DNA of 32,000 nucleotides from Dickeya dadantii NCPPB 898 (GCF_000406145.1 NZ_CM001976.1:2141443-2173442), one strand, 5' to 3'. Shown: positions 1-13,445, numbered from the stretch's first letter. Notes: generated by a model from the sequence alone, not told the origin. Numbers and translations are program-made.

Positions 1-548
1 GCGTGTTCAACGGCGGCGTAAAATGAACTGTGCTCAATAAATGCGGGCTGGAAGAAAAGATCCGGCGGCGCATCGGCCGGCAGAACCGTTAATACCACAT
101 CCAGCTCGCTGTTGCGCAGTCGTTCCATCAGGGCATGATGGTCGCTGATGCTCAGGTTCATTGAGACATCGGGACTTAGCTCGAACAGGCGGCGAATTGC
201 CAGCGCAACGGCTTGATCCGGATGAGAAACGATATTATCCAGACAACCAATCCGCACCTCGCCTATCAGTTCATGTTTGATGCGGGCCAGACGGTTGGCG
301 AAGTCATCCAGCGTGGCAATCACCGATCGCGCTTCCTGATAGACCACTTCACCTTCGGTAGTTAGCGAGAAACCACCGCGGCCGCGTTCACACAAAATCA
401 ACCCCAACGTGTCTTCCAGCCGGGAAAGGTAGTGGCTTAGTACCGGCTGGCTCAGCCCGGTGGCGTCTTGTGCGTTGGTGATGCCTTTTTTCTCAACAAT
501 TTTGCAGAATAGTTTCAGCCAGCGAATTTCCAGTTTGTCGAGCCGCAT
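1..548 (-). CDS. LysR-family transcriptional regulator, N-terminal portion (3' end lies beyond the left edge)
   Basis: Not in the ORF track because it runs off the window. I checked the frame by hand and it is open from 548 to 1. The ATG is the reverse complement of cat at 546-548. The translation MRLDKLEIRWLKLFCKIVEKKGITNAQDATGLSQPVLSHYLSRLEDTLGLILCERGRGG... is a typical LTTR winged-HTH N-terminus. Confidence 0.8.
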   Translation of the reverse strand, partial: MRLDKLEIRWLKLFCKIVEKKGITNAQDATGLSQPVLSHYLSRLEDTLGLILCERGRGGFSLTTEGEVVYQEARSVIATLDDFANRLARIKHELIGEVRIGCLDNIVSHPDQAVALAIRRLFELSPDVSMNLSISDHHALMERLRNSELDVVLTVLPADAPPDLFFQPAFIEHSSFYAAVEH

Positions 549-589
549 AATGAATGTGCCCCTGAACACATAGCCATTTTAACTGTTAG

Positions 590-617
590 CATTGAAATAA
601 ATCGATTTTATTCAATG
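590..617. promoter_or_regulatory. 28-bp near-perfect palindrome, candidate operator upstream of the LysR-family gene
   Basis: CATTGAAATAAATCGATTTTATTCAATG has 12 of 14 mirrored positions complementary and is centred on TCGA. It lies 42 bp upstream of the LTTR start codon. It is AT-rich with TTGAA/TTCAA arms, as expected for an autoregulatory LTTR site. Confidence 0.4.
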
Positions 618-1143
618 TATTTTCCCTTTATGGTACGCGCAAGCCGCTCGATTTGGGCGGTATTCGCACTGCAATAATGTGGCTTATGCACGACACCTAG
701 GTTCTTTTTCAGTATGCCGCATCGGGCTGGGTATACTATTGCCTGCCATATAATATCTATGATTATTTGTTTCTCCGCCGTGAGTTTGCTTCTGATTGTT
801 GCGGGAAGAAAAAAGCACGACAAAACAAGGTTACAGTAAAGCAAGGCCAGTCATTCCACGCGAGCGATGAACATAAAACACTGTGCCTCAAAAGGCGTGG
901 AATTTCAGACATACTATCTCGCTGATTGTGGCGCGTGGTAAGCATGGATATTTTAGAAAGGCGGCTTGGTCACGAGTTATCGGCCGATATTTGGCGGGTA
1001 GATTGCAGGGTGTCGATGATCAACGCCAGCCGGTGATCGTTTGCGGCTGACGTTAACGCTGGCTGGCGAAAAAATAGCTTCGGTAGAGAGGCGCATTCGG
1101 CGCTGATTCAACCGGCGCCATTCTTCACCGAGGACAGGGGGGG

Positions 1144-1884
1144 TTAGTACACCACTTTGTGACCATAACTGGTCAGAATAGACTTGATGCGGTCCATGGT
1201 GTCTGCTTTGGGCGGTTTGACGCCGTCCAGCTTGTACTCCTCGCCCATAGCCGTCCACTTGTGTTTGCCCAGTTCGTGGTAAGGCAACAGCTCGATTTTT
1301 TCAATGTTGTGCATGTCTTTAGTGAACTCCCCCAACTGGTGAGCGGAAGCGTCGTCATCGCTCCAGCCGGGGACCACCACATAGCGAATCCAGGTTCTCT
1401 GGTTACGCTTGGCAAGATAACGGGCAAAATCCAGCGTACGGTGATTAGATACCCCGACCAGATTTTGGTGCACCTCATCGTTGAGTTGCTTAAGGTCAAG
1501 CATCACCAAATCCGTCACGTCCAGCAGTTCGTCAATAACCGGGTCGTAACGGCGGACAAAACCGTTGGTGTCCAGACAGGTATTAATACCTTGCTCGTGA
1601 CAGGCGCGGAACCAGTCACGAACGAATTCTGCCTGCAGAATGGCCTCGCCGCCGGATGCCGTTACGCCGCCGCCGGACGCATTCATAAAATGGCGATAGG
1701 TCACCACTTCCTTCATCAATTCTTCTACGGTAACTTCCTTGCCGCCATGGGTATCCCAGGTGTCGCGGTTGTGGCAGTAGAGGCAACGCATCAGGCAACC
1801 CTGAAAAAAAGTGATAAAGCGAATACCGGGACCGTCTACGGTACCGCAGGATTCGAAAGAGTGAATGCGACCAATAACTGACAT
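1144..1884 (-). CDS. pflA: Pyruvate formate-lyase activating enzyme (radical SAM)
   Basis: I trimmed the 333-aa track ORF to the internal ATG at 1884 (246 aa), which starts [41 protein letters not shown] with a CxxxCxxC radical-SAM cluster. A GGAGA RBS lies 7-8 nt upstream. The length and N-terminus match E. coli PflA, and the gene sits downstream of pflB. Confidence 0.95.
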   Translation of the reverse strand: MSVIGRIHSFESCGTVDGPGIRFITFFQGCLMRCLYCHNRDTWDTHGGKEVTVEELMKEVVTYRHFMNASGGGVTASGGEAILQAEFVRDWFRACHEQGINTCLDTNGFVRRYDPVIDELLDVTDLVMLDLKQLNDEVHQNLVGVSNHRTLDFARYLAKRNQRTWIRYVVVPGWSDDDASAHQLGEFTKDMHNIEKIELLPYHELGKHKWTAMGEEYKLDGVKPPKADTMDRIKSILTSYGHKVVY

Positions 1885-1982
1885 GCAAGGTTTCTCCAGG
1901 TTGGGCCGAGAAATAGCGGCCTTCGTGAGCGCAGTAGCGGAGCTGCGGCGCGGACGGCCACAGCATTCGCTCTGCGTCGAAT

Positions 1983-2032
1983 CTGTTTTGTCAGCCCGCC
2001 AGCCGGGATTCGGTAGCCGGCTGACAAAACAG
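1983..2032. repeat. Perfect 14-bp inverted repeat with a 22-nt spacer in the pflB-pflA spacer
   Basis: CTGTTTTGTCAGCC (1983-1996) pairs with GGCTGACAAAACAG (2019-2032). It lies inside the 305-bp pflB-pflA intergenic region and would form a long hairpin in a minus-strand transcript. Confidence 0.6.
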
Positions 2033-2131
2033 GTTCTGATTATTCCGGCGGGAGTGGTGAAAAAATTTCCGGGAGAAATTTTTAACGCCGCTTGCGGCGG
2101 CCCACAAGGGAGACGGGCAGGATACCCGCTA

Positions 2132-2160
2132 TAAAAAGGCCCCACCGATGTGGAGCCTTT
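2132..2160 (-). terminator. Rho-independent terminator downstream of pflB
   Basis: The minus strand reads AAAGGCTCCAC-ATCG-GTGGGGCCTTTTTA. This is an 8-bp GC-rich stem with one G-U pair, a 4-nt loop and a U5 tract, 30 nt after the pflB stop. Confidence 0.75.
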
Positions 2161-2189
2161 AGTTTACGCCTTTTCAGACAGACATGTAA

Positions 2190-4472
<2,283 letters not shown>

Positions 4473-4528
4473 ATTACACCTACCTTTGATTTGGATTTTT
4501 ATAACCCGACGTTGCGGCCGACAGCAGC

Positions 4529-5386
4529 TTAGTGCTGATCTCCACCGCGCAAATAGATGACCCAGTAAGTCAACCCTACCAGCAATCCACCGCCAATGAT
4601 GTTGCCGATCGTGACAGGAATCAGGTTATCGACAATAAAGTTGCTGACGGTTAAGTGCTCAAACTGGCCCGGCGTCATGCTGACAGCATGCCAGAATGCA
4701 TCCGGAGCGAAGTCCTTAATTATAATTCCCATTGGAATCATGAACATGTTGGCGATACTGTGCTCGAAGCCGCTGGCGACGAACATAGCGACCGGGAGGA
4801 TCATGGCCAGCATTTTGTCAGTCAGAGTATGACCAGAGTAGCTCATCCAGACCGCCAGACAGACCATCAGGTTCGCCAGTATCCCGAGGCACAACGCTTC
4901 AACAAACGTATGCTCCAGCTTGTGGTTAGCCGTTTGCAGTACATTCAGCCCCCAGGCCCCATTCGCCACCATGTATTCACCGGAAAACCAGATCAGCGCC
5001 ACAAAAAATAAGGCTCCGATCAGATTGCCGAAATAAACGTTGAGCCAGTTTAACCCTAACTGTTTCCAGGTAATACGGCCGCTGGCCTTGGCAATCACGG
5101 TAAGCACGGTAGAGGTAAACAGATCTGCGCCGCAGACAACCACCAGCATCAACCCCATAGAGAAGCAGATGCCTCCTACCAGTTTAGCCATACCATACGG
5201 CATGGATGAAGAACCTGTGGTGGCGGTGATATAAAAAACGAATGCAGCTGAGATGAACACGCCGGCGGTGATCGCCAGAAAAAACGCAGTAAGCGGTTGT
5301 TTTGTTGCTTTATAGACACCGGCATCTTCAGCGACTTTCGCCATCGCCGGCGGTAATAACAGGGTGAAGGGGTTGTCAGCTTTCAC
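4529..5386 (-). CDS. focA: Formate channel FocA (formate/nitrite transporter family)
   Basis: A 285-aa polytopic membrane protein directly upstream of pflB. Its sequence is FNT-type (…FEHSIANMF…). Confidence 0.95.
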   Translation of the reverse strand: MKADNPFTLLLPPAMAKVAEDAGVYKATKQPLTAFFLAITAGVFISAAFVFYITATTGSSSMPYGMAKLVGGICFSMGLMLVVVCGADLFTSTVLTVIAKASGRITWKQLGLNWLNVYFGNLIGALFFVALIWFSGEYMVANGAWGLNVLQTANHKLEHTFVEALCLGILANLMVCLAVWMSYSGHTLTDKMLAMILPVAMFVASGFEHSIANMFMIPMGIIIKDFAPDAFWHAVSMTPGQFEHLTVSNFIVDNLIPVTIGNIIGGGLLVGLTYWVIYLRGGDQH

Positions 5387-5835
5387 ACTAACTCTCTCTT
5401 AAAATTTATCTACGGTGAGATACTAACAAAGGGTTATTCGGCATAATTTGACGTGGATCATACCGCTGGAATTTATTAGGCTGATCAGGAGCGGGTTTAT
5501 AGGGTGTTTTTGATTTAAATTTTTGATTTATATTAAAAAATATTTTTTAAAAATTACAAAAACAGTTGAATTGAGGGGCGAGATTTACCTATTTAGCGTT
5601 AAATAAAATAAGTTTTTGTAGTGATTCTATACGTGAGTTTTATATTATTTAATTTGCCATTTACTATTTGGTAACAATGAGGCTTTTATAAAAATATATA
5701 TTACGTAGCGATACCCTATATCCATATAAAAATAAGGGAATTGGCGAGGCTTCGAATAACATCAATCTGGCTGTTTAATGGTAATGCTGTGAAAAAACAG
5801 ATAGGGAATGCAGCCTTTGCCTGGGCGGCAGGACT
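5387..5835 (-). promoter_or_regulatory. focA-pflB upstream control region (AT-rich, multi-promoter type) with FNR-like boxes
   Basis: About 450 bp of strongly AT-rich DNA upstream of focA. It contains FNR-like sites TTGAC-GTGG-ATCAT (5448-5461) and TTGAT-TTAT-ATTAA (5523-5536), compared with the consensus TTGAT-N4-ATCAA. The E. coli focA-pfl region is known to use several FNR/ArcA/IHF-dependent promoters. Confidence 0.5.
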
Positions 5836-5862
5836 GACCGGATGACGAAAGATCATCCGGTC
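5836..5862 (-). terminator. Hairpin downstream of ycaO (10-bp perfect stem, no clear U tract)
   Basis: GACCGGATGA-cgaaaga-TCATCCGGTC lies 16 nt after the ycaO stop codon. Confidence 0.4.
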
Positions 5863-5877
5863 GTCTACAGTTCAGGC

Positions 5878-7641
5878 TTATTTTACCTGCCAGTGCTGGC
5901 GCTTAGCGCGTTGCAATTTCTCATAAGCAGCCAGCAACGACTGGTGGGCCGGCAGTGCTTTCAGGTCGGCATCGATGGTGAACAGGCCGTAAAAGCACTG
6001 CTCGCCGGCAATGGCGGCGCTTGCTGCGCCGACGGCGTCCTGCCCGTACATGCGTACGAACGCATCGTAGTACTGGGCGGGATCGCGTTCCGGCTCCAGT
6101 GCCAGTTGCAGCAGCGTTTGCAGACAACGGTAATAATTGCTGCGCGCCGGCGCAAAGACCGACTGATTGAAATCCAGTGACCATTCCGCCCAGCTCAATG
6201 CCTGCTCCAGGTCTCCGCCTGCCAGGGCCAGCATGGATTTCAGTTCGCCAACACGCAGTGTGAACCAGCCGTTGTCTTTGCCGGTCGCTATTCCTAACAG
6301 TTCGCGTACGCGGGTAAAGTCATCCAGTCCTTCGTCGTCCAGTTGTTGCAACAGGGCCAGATAATCCGCTTTTTCCCATTGGCTGTCTGGCAAGGACAGC
6401 AGGGTTTCGCGCAGATGCGCACCCATGCTGTTATTCGCCAGCAACAGGTCTTCCGCCGGGTAGATGTCCGACATACCCGGAACCAGAATACGGCAGGCGT
6501 AAACCGACAGATGTTCGTAATCCGCGATATATACCTCTTTGTCTTCTTTATTGAAGATCGCCATCAGCGTTGCGAACTCCTGCTCGGTGGTGCCGCTGAA
6601 GTTCCAGTCGGCGAACGCATAGTCTGCCTGATTTTTAAACAGATCCCAGGAAATCAGACCGCTGGAATCGATAAAGTGAGTTTCCAGATTGGTGTGCTCC
6701 GCCACTTCCTCATCATCGAAGGTTGGCGGCGTAAACACGTCCAGGTCTTTCAGCCCCCGGCCTTGCAGTAATTCGGTGACGGTTCGCTCCAGCGCCACAC
6801 CGAAATCCGGATGGGCGCCAAACGAGGCAAAGCAGGTGCCATTGGCCGGGTTGAACAGCACAACGCAGATCACCGGGTACTGGCCGCCGAGAGAGGCGTC
6901 GTAGGCGAAAATCGGGAAACCTTCCTGCTCAAGCGTGGCAATGGCTTCCACCACGCCTGGATAACGTGACAGCACCTCGGCCGGAATCGCCGGCAGGCTA
7001 ATCGCTTCGGCGATAATACGATTCTTCACATAACGTTCGAATACTTCAGACAAGCCCTGAACCCGCGCTTCATTACGGGTATTGCCGGCGGACATGCCGT
7101 TCGACACATACAGGTTGCCGACGATGTTCATCGGGATATAAACCGTCTGCTGGTCGGACTGACGGGTAAACGGCAGGGCGCAGATACCGCGGTGGTGATT
7201 GCCTGATTGCAGGTCCACCAGATCGCTGGCGATCAACTGCTGCTCCGGGTCATAAAAGGCGTGCAGACGTGCATCCAGAATGCCTTCCGGCAGGCTGTCG
7301 TCCTCGGGAAGCGGGAACCACTTCTCGTCAGGGTAATGCACGAAGTCACCTTCAGCGATCTGCTGGCCCAGATAGAAATCGGCAAAAAAGTAGTTGGTGG
7401 ACAGACGTTCGAAGTACTCGCCCAGCGCGGAAGCCAGCGCGGCTTTCCGGGTCGCGCCCTTGCCATTGGTGAAGCACAGAGCGCAGTCGCGGTCACGAAT
7501 ATGTACCGACCAGACGTTGGGCACCGGATTCAGCCAGGAGGCTTCTTCGATGTTGAACCCCAGGTTGAGGAGCTGCTGTTGAAAACGGGCGATGGAATCT
7601 TCCAGGGCGGCGTCTTTGCCTGGGATAAACGTTTGGGTCAT
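5878..7641 (-). CDS. ycaO: YcaO-family protein (ATP-dependent; linked to ribosomal protein S12 methylthiolation in E. coli)
   Basis: I trimmed the 644-aa track ORF to the ATG at 7641 (587 aa). The product starts MTQTFIPGKDAALEDSIARFQQ..., collinear with E. coli YcaO as I recall it, and contains GKGATRKAALASALGEYFERLS. Its position between focA and serC is conserved. Confidence 0.93.
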   Translation of the reverse strand: MTQTFIPGKDAALEDSIARFQQQLLNLGFNIEEASWLNPVPNVWSVHIRDRDCALCFTNGKGATRKAALASALGEYFERLSTNYFFADFYLGQQIAEGDFVHYPDEKWFPLPEDDSLPEGILDARLHAFYDPEQQLIASDLVDLQSGNHHRGICALPFTRQSDQQTVYIPMNIVGNLYVSNGMSAGNTRNEARVQGLSEVFERYVKNRIIAEAISLPAIPAEVLSRYPGVVEAIATLEQEGFPIFAYDASLGGQYPVICVVLFNPANGTCFASFGAHPDFGVALERTVTELLQGRGLKDLDVFTPPTFDDEEVAEHTNLETHFIDSSGLISWDLFKNQADYAFADWNFSGTTEQEFATLMAIFNKEDKEVYIADYEHLSVYACRILVPGMSDIYPAEDLLLANNSMGAHLRETLLSLPDSQWEKADYLALLQQLDDEGLDDFTRVRELLGIATGKDNGWFTLRVGELKSMLALAGGDLEQALSWAEWSLDFNQSVFAPARSNYYRCLQTLLQLALEPERDPAQYYDAFVRMYGQDAVGAASAAIAGEQCFYGLFTIDADLKALPAHQSLLAAYEKLQRAKRQHWQVK

Positions 7642-7907
7642 GGTTCGAACCTGAATGTGTGATGAGAAGGCTGCATCATACGTGGTTTTGTGTGCTGACT
7701 CTATCCTGCATGTTGCGTATTGCGCGGCGCGTTCCGACGACGATGTAACAGATGTATCGCCGGGGACGATAACAGGCGAACCAGTGCGCAAGTTTTCGGA
7801 CATCAGGGGCAATAAGCGTTGCAGGCAGGAAAAACGAGTGATAAAACCGATAGCAGGGTAAACTGATGCGACTTAGACAGGTCGCTATTTATAGGTGGTG
7901 AGGGGAA

Positions 7908-8993
<1,086 letters not shown>

Positions 8994-9028
8994 TAAATAT
9001 AGCGCGATAACGTGCTGCTTCTGATTTT

Positions 9029-9057
9029 AAACCCCGGTTATCTGGCCGGGGTTTTTG
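9029..9057 (+). terminator. serC-aroA intercistronic hairpin with T tract (attenuating terminator)
   Basis: AAACCCCGG-ttatctgg-CCGGGGTTTTT sits between the serC stop (8993) and the aroA start. Confidence 0.55.
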
Positions 9058-9084
9058 TGTTAACTCTTGGAGAACATGTTTCAC

Positions 9085-10374
9085 ATGCAGGAATCCCTGA
9101 CCCTACAACCGATTTCATTGATTAACGGCACGATCAATCTGCCGGGTTCCAAAAGTGTTTCCAACCGTGCGTTGTTGCTGGCGGCATTGGCAAGAGGCAC
9201 CACTCGCCTGACCAACCTGCTGGACAGCGACGATGTCCGTCATATGCTCAATGCGCTGAGCGCGCTGGGTGTTGAATATCGCCTGTCGGACAGCCGCACA
9301 GAGTGCGAAATCGTCGGGGTGGGGGGCGCATTAACGGCGTCTACGCCGTTGGAACTGTTTTTAGGGAATGCCGGGACGGCGATGCGCCCGCTGGCCGCCG
9401 CGCTGTGCCTGACTGATGGCGATATCGTGTTGACCGGCGAACCGCGTATGAAAGAACGTCCGATTGGTCACCTGGTGGATGCGTTGCGGCAGGGGGGCGC
9501 GCGTATCGACTATCTGGAGCAGGAAAATTATCCGCCGTTGCGCCTGCAAGGGGGCTTTATAGGTGGAGATATCAGTGTAGATGGTTCGGTATCCAGCCAG
9601 TTTCTCACTGCGCTGCTAATGACGGCGCCGCTGGCTGTGCAGGATACGCGCATCAGCATTAAAGGCGATCTGGTTTCCAAACCTTATATCGACATCACCC
9701 TGCATATGATGGAAACCTTCGGCATCACGGTGATCAATAACGATTACCAGACTTTCGTGGTCGCCGGTAATCAGCATTATCAGTCGCCTGGGCACTATCT
9801 GGTGGAGGGCGACGCCTCGTCCGCATCTTATTTTCTGGCGGCAGCGGCTATTCGGGGGGGAACGGTACGTGTGACCGGCGTCGGCCGTCATAGCGTGCAG
9901 GGCGATATCCGTTTCGCCGACGTGCTGGAGAAAATGGGCGCGGAGATCCGCTGGGGTGACGACTATATCGAATGTCAGCGCGGTAATCTCCACGCCATCG
10001 ATATGGACATGAACCATATCCCCGACGCGGCAATGACCATCGCCACTGCCGCGCTGTTTGCCGAGGGTGGGACGACGACGCTGCGTAACATCTATAACTG
10101 GCGCGTGAAAGAAACCGATCGTCTGGCAGCTATGGCGACGGAACTGCGCAAGGTCGGCGCCGAGGTGGAAGAAGGGCATGATTACATCCGCATTACGCCG
10201 CCAACGCAGCTGAAAGCCGCTGAAATCGGCACTTACAATGACCACCGTATGGCGATGTGCTTCTCGCTGGTGGCGTTGTCTGACACGCCGGTCACCATTC
10301 TCGACCCTAAATGTACCGCCAAAACGTTCCCGGATTACTTCCTGCAACTGGAGCGTCTGAGTCAGCACGGCTGA
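9085..10374 (+). CDS. aroA: 3-phosphoshikimate 1-carboxyvinyltransferase (EPSP synthase)
   Basis: The track ORF starts at a TTG at 9067. I prefer the ATG at 9085 ([10 protein letters not shown]..., 429 aa), which is 12 nt after a GGAG and fits the family N-terminus MESLTLQPI. Motifs [17 protein letters not shown] and [13 protein letters not shown] are present. The ATG at 9076 cannot be excluded. Confidence 0.95.
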   Translation: MQESLTLQPISLINGTINLPGSKSVSNRALLLAALARGTTRLTNLLDSDDVRHMLNALSALGVEYRLSDSRTECEIVGVGGALTASTPLELFLGNAGTAMRPLAAALCLTDGDIVLTGEPRMKERPIGHLVDALRQGGARIDYLEQENYPPLRLQGGFIGGDISVDGSVSSQFLTALLMTAPLAVQDTRISIKGDLVSKPYIDITLHMMETFGITVINNDYQTFVVAGNQHYQSPGHYLVEGDASSASYFLAAAAIRGGTVRVTGVGRHSVQGDIRFADVLEKMGAEIRWGDDYIECQRGNLHAIDMDMNHIPDAAMTIATAALFAEGGTTTLRNIYNWRVKETDRLAAMATELRKVGAEVEEGHDYIRITPPTQLKAAEIGTYNDHRMAMCFSLVALSDTPVTILDPKCTAKTFPDYFLQLERLSQHG

Positions 10375-10514
10375 TTTTTGATACGGCTAATGTTCTGACT
10401 CTGTTGATGTTCTGACGCGCAGGTCCGCGATATGGCTCTGTGCGTCAACATTTAGCGTTATACTCTGAGTATCACAATATTTGCCCGATCTTCTTGCAGT
10501 AATAAGTCTTTAAT

Positions 10515-10544
10515 TTCACGCTTGCTGCCACGGCGGGGTATAAT
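10515..10544 (+). promoter_or_regulatory. Putative sigma-70 promoter for cmk(-rpsA)
   Basis: A -35-like TTCACG (10515-10520), an 18-bp spacer and a perfect -10 TATAAT (10539-10544), about 58 nt upstream of the cmk ATG. Confidence 0.4.
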
Positions 10545-10601
10545 GACTTATTGTATTGTCTGCAATGACATGCGATTTCCCTGTTTGGTAAGGAGTAAGA
10601 G

Positions 10602-11288
10602 ATGGCGGTGACTGCACCGGTAATTACGGTTGACGGGCCAGGAGGTGCGGGCAAGGGAACCCTGTGCAAGGCGCTGGCTAACGCGCTGCAGTGGAATCTG
10701 TTGGATTCAGGCGCGATTTATCGTGTGCTGGCGTTGGCAGCATTGCATCATCAGGTGGATATTGCCTCCGAAGAGGCGCTGGTGCCGATAGCGTCGCATC
10801 TGGATGTGCGGTTTGTGCCGGAAAACGGGCAACTGAAAGTTATCCTGGAAGGCGAAGATGTCAGCAATGAGATTCGTACTCAGGAAGTGGGCAATACGGC
10901 GTCTCAGGCGGCCGTATTTCCGCGGGTGCGTGAGGCGCTGTTGCGTCGTCAGCGAGCGTTTCGCGAAATGCCGGGGCTGATTGCCGATGGCCGCGATATG
11001 GGAACGGTGGTGTTCCCTGACGCGCCAGTGAAAATTTTCCTGGATGCCAGTGCGGAAGAACGCGCTAAACGTCGCATGCTCCAGTTGCAGGCGAAAGGCT
11101 TTAATGTTAACTTTGAACGTCTTTTGTCCGAGATTAAAGAGCGTGACGAGCGTGACCGCAATCGACCGGTTGCGCCGCTGGTGCCGGCACCGGAAGCACT
11201 GGTGTTGGATTCCACGCATATGACACTGGACGAAGTGGTCGGGCAGGCGTTGGCGTATGTGCGCCAGATATTGCCTCAACTGGCCTGA
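10602..11288 (+). CDS. cmk: Cytidylate kinase
   Basis: A 228-aa ORF starting [26 protein letters not shown] with a P-loop. An AGGAG RBS lies 6 nt upstream. It sits directly upstream of rpsA, as in E. coli. Confidence 0.96.
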   Translation: MAVTAPVITVDGPGGAGKGTLCKALANALQWNLLDSGAIYRVLALAALHHQVDIASEEALVPIASHLDVRFVPENGQLKVILEGEDVSNEIRTQEVGNTASQAAVFPRVREALLRRQRAFREMPGLIADGRDMGTVVFPDAPVKIFLDASAEERAKRRMLQLQAKGFNVNFERLLSEIKERDERDRNRPVAPLVPAPEALVLDSTHMTLDEVVGQALAYVRQILPQLA

Positions 11289-11393
11289 TACTGTTTTTTT
11301 ACCTCGCCGCAAGGATGTGGCGGGGATGTGAAACAACCCCATCGAGCAGGAAGCCAGATGGACGTTAAATTTAAAAACCCAAAGATTATCAAC
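11289..11393 (+). promoter_or_regulatory. rpsA 5' leader without a Shine-Dalgarno element
   Basis: No purine-rich SD precedes the rpsA ATG (…AAAACCCAAAGATTATCAACATG). This fits the known structured, S1-autoregulated, SD-independent translation initiation region of E. coli rpsA. Confidence 0.5.
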
Positions 11394-13067
11394 ATGACTG
11401 AATCTTTTGCTCAACTCTTTGAAGAATCCCTGAAAGAAATTGAAACCCGCCCGGGTTCCATCGTTCGTGGCGTTGTGGTTGCTATTGACAAGGACGTTGT
11501 CCTGGTTGATGCCGGCCTGAAATCTGAATCTGCCATTCCGGTAGAGCAGTTCAAAAACGCGCAGGGTGAAATTGAAATCCAGGTTGGTGATGAAGTAGAC
11601 GTAGCTCTGGATGCGGTAGAAGACGGCTTCGGCGAAACTCTGCTGTCCCGTGAAAAAGCTAAACGTCACGAAGCATGGCTGATGCTGGAAAAAGCTTACG
11701 AAGAATCCGCCACTGTTACCGGTGTTATCAACGGTAAAGTGAAAGGCGGTTTCACCGTTGAGCTGAACGGTATCCGTGCATTCCTGCCGGGTTCTCTGGT
11801 TGATGTCCGTCCGGTACGTGACACCCTGCATCTGGAAGGCAAAGAGCTTGAGTTCAAAGTGATCAAGCTGGACCAGAAACGCAACAACGTTGTTGTTTCC
11901 CGTCGTGCCGTTATCGAGTCTGAAAACAGCGCCGAGCGCGATCAGCTGCTGGAAAACCTGCAGGAAGGCATGGAAGTCAAAGGTATCGTCAAGAACCTCA
12001 CTGACTACGGTGCATTCGTCGATCTGGGCGGCGTTGACGGCCTGCTGCACATCACCGACATGGCCTGGAAACGCGTTAAGCATCCGAGCGAAATCGTCAA
12101 TGTGGGCGACGAAATCACTGTTAAAGTGCTGAAGTTCGACCGCGAGCGTACCCGTGTATCCCTGGGCCTGAAACAGCTGGGCGAAGATCCGTGGGTTGCT
12201 ATCGCTAAACGCTATCCGGAAGGCACCAAGCTGACTGGTCGCGTAACCAACCTGACTGATTACGGCTGCTTCGTAGAAATCGAAGAAGGCGTTGAAGGTC
12301 TGGTACACGTATCTGAAATGGACTGGACCAACAAGAACATCCATCCGTCCAAAGTGGTTAACGTGGGCGACGTGGTGGAAGTTATGGTTCTGGACATCGA
12401 CGAAGAACGTCGTCGTATCTCCCTGGGCCTGAAACAGTGCAAAGCCAATCCGTGGCAGCAGTTCGCTGAAACCCACAACAAGGGTGACCGCGTAGAAGGC
12501 AAGATCAAGTCCATCACTGACTTCGGTATCTTCATCGGTCTGGATGGCGGCATCGATGGTCTGGTGCACCTGTCTGACATCTCCTGGAACGTAGCTGGCG
12601 AAGAAGCCGTTCGCGAATATAAGAAAGGCGACGAAATCGCTGCTGTGGTTCTGCAGGTTGATGCCGAGCGTGAGCGTATCTCCCTGGGCGTGAAACAGCT
12701 GGCTGAAGACCCGTTCAACAACTACCTGTCTGTTAACAAGAAAGGTGCAATTGTTACAGGTAAAGTCACCGCGGTTGACGCCAAAGGTGCTACAGTTGAA
12801 TTAGCTGACGGTGTTGAAGGTTACCTGCGCGCTTCTGAAGCTTCCCGTGACCGCATCGAAGACGCAACGCTGGTTATGAGCGTGGGTGATGAGATCGAAG
12901 CCAAATACACTGGCGTTGATCGCAAAAACCGCGTTGTCAGCCTGTCCATCCGTGCCAAGGATGAAGCTGACGAGAAAGATGCTATCGCTTCTGTTAACAA
13001 CAAACAGGAAGAAGGCAATTTCTCTAACGCCATGGCGGAAGCTTTCAAAGCTGCAAAAGGCGAGTAA
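11394..13067 (+). CDS. rpsA: 30S ribosomal protein S1
   Basis: I trimmed the 579-aa track ORF to the ATG at 11394 (557 aa). The product [26 protein letters not shown]... has six S1 repeats and is nearly identical to E. coli S1 as I recall it. Confidence 0.98.
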   Translation: MTESFAQLFEESLKEIETRPGSIVRGVVVAIDKDVVLVDAGLKSESAIPVEQFKNAQGEIEIQVGDEVDVALDAVEDGFGETLLSREKAKRHEAWLMLEKAYEESATVTGVINGKVKGGFTVELNGIRAFLPGSLVDVRPVRDTLHLEGKELEFKVIKLDQKRNNVVVSRRAVIESENSAERDQLLENLQEGMEVKGIVKNLTDYGAFVDLGGVDGLLHITDMAWKRVKHPSEIVNVGDEITVKVLKFDRERTRVSLGLKQLGEDPWVAIAKRYPEGTKLTGRVTNLTDYGCFVEIEEGVEGLVHVSEMDWTNKNIHPSKVVNVGDVVEVMVLDIDEERRRISLGLKQCKANPWQQFAETHNKGDRVEGKIKSITDFGIFIGLDGGIDGLVHLSDISWNVAGEEAVREYKKGDEIAAVVLQVDAERERISLGVKQLAEDPFNNYLSVNKKGAIVTGKVTAVDAKGATVELADGVEGYLRASEASRDRIEDATLVMSVGDEIEAKYTGVDRKNRVVSLSIRAKDEADEKDAIASVNNKQEEGNFSNAMAEAFKAAKGE

Positions 13068-13160
13068 TGATGGTGGGTTGGGCGGCGGCGATGCTTGCCG
13101 CTCGGCCTCAAACGGTAGTAAGTTAACGTGGCATTAACTAACCACATGCTTGGAGGAATC

Positions 13161-13445
13161 ATGACCAAGTCTGAACTTATCGAAAGACTTGCTGGACAGC
13201 AATCTCATATCCCGGCCAAGGTGGTTGAGGATGCGGTAAAAGAGATGTTGGAACAGATGGCCACAACGTTGGCCAGCGGTGATCGCATCGAAATCCGCGG
13301 GTTTGGCAGTTTTTCACTCCACTACCGTGCACCGCGTGTGGGCCGTAATCCGAAAACTGGTGAGAAAGTGGAACTGGAAGGTAAATACGTTCCTCATTTT
13401 AAACCAGGTAAAGAATTACGCGATCGCGCCAACATTTATGGCTGA
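13161..13445 (+). CDS. ihfB: Integration host factor subunit beta
   Basis: I trimmed the track ORF to the ATG at 13161 (94 aa). The product starts [31 protein letters not shown], and a GGAGG RBS lies at 13152-13156. Confidence 0.97.
   Translation: MTKSELIERLAGQQSHIPAKVVEDAVKEMLEQMATTLASGDRIEIRGFGSFSLHYRAPRVGRNPKTGEKVELEGKYVPHFKPGKELRDRANIYG

Noticed and set aside
714-839. A plus-strand small ORF (41 aa, or 26 aa from the ATG at 759) encoding a hydrophobic segment and a basic tail, reminiscent of type I toxins or small membrane proteins.
   Set aside because: Neither ATG has a Shine-Dalgarno element. The only good -10 box (749-754) would start transcription at or after the 759 ATG. I kept it only as a caveat in the intergenic finding.
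1885-2145. N-terminal extensions of track ORFs: pflA to 2145, ycaO to 7812, aroA from 9067, rpsA from 11328, ihfB from 13128, yeeZ from 24149 and the amidohydrolase from 13769.
   Set aside because: The longest-ORF starts add non-homologous, often non-ATG-initiated leaders. Internal ATGs with RBSs reproduce the well-known N-termini (MSVIGRIH…, MTQTFIPGKD…, MTESFAQLF…, [10 protein letters not shown]…, MKKVAIIGLG…).
7640-7652. GGTTCGAACC, resembling a tRNA T-arm and T-loop.
   Set aside because: It overlaps the ycaO start codon. No acceptor, D or anticodon arms can be built from the flanking sequence. It is a coincidental match.
10707-12569. A 620-aa ORF antisense to rpsA. Similar long antisense ORFs lie opposite pflB (2967-4532), aroA (9616-10368), hisB (19519-20484), hisG (22839-23747), the MCP (25209-25901) and citA (29098-29799).
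   Set aside because: Each lies entirely inside, and opposite to, a confidently identified conserved gene. Their translations are low-complexity (rich in R, Q, V, F and H) with no recognisable motifs, RBS or independent boundaries. This is the typical stop-codon depletion seen on the antisense strand of GC-rich, codon-biased genes.
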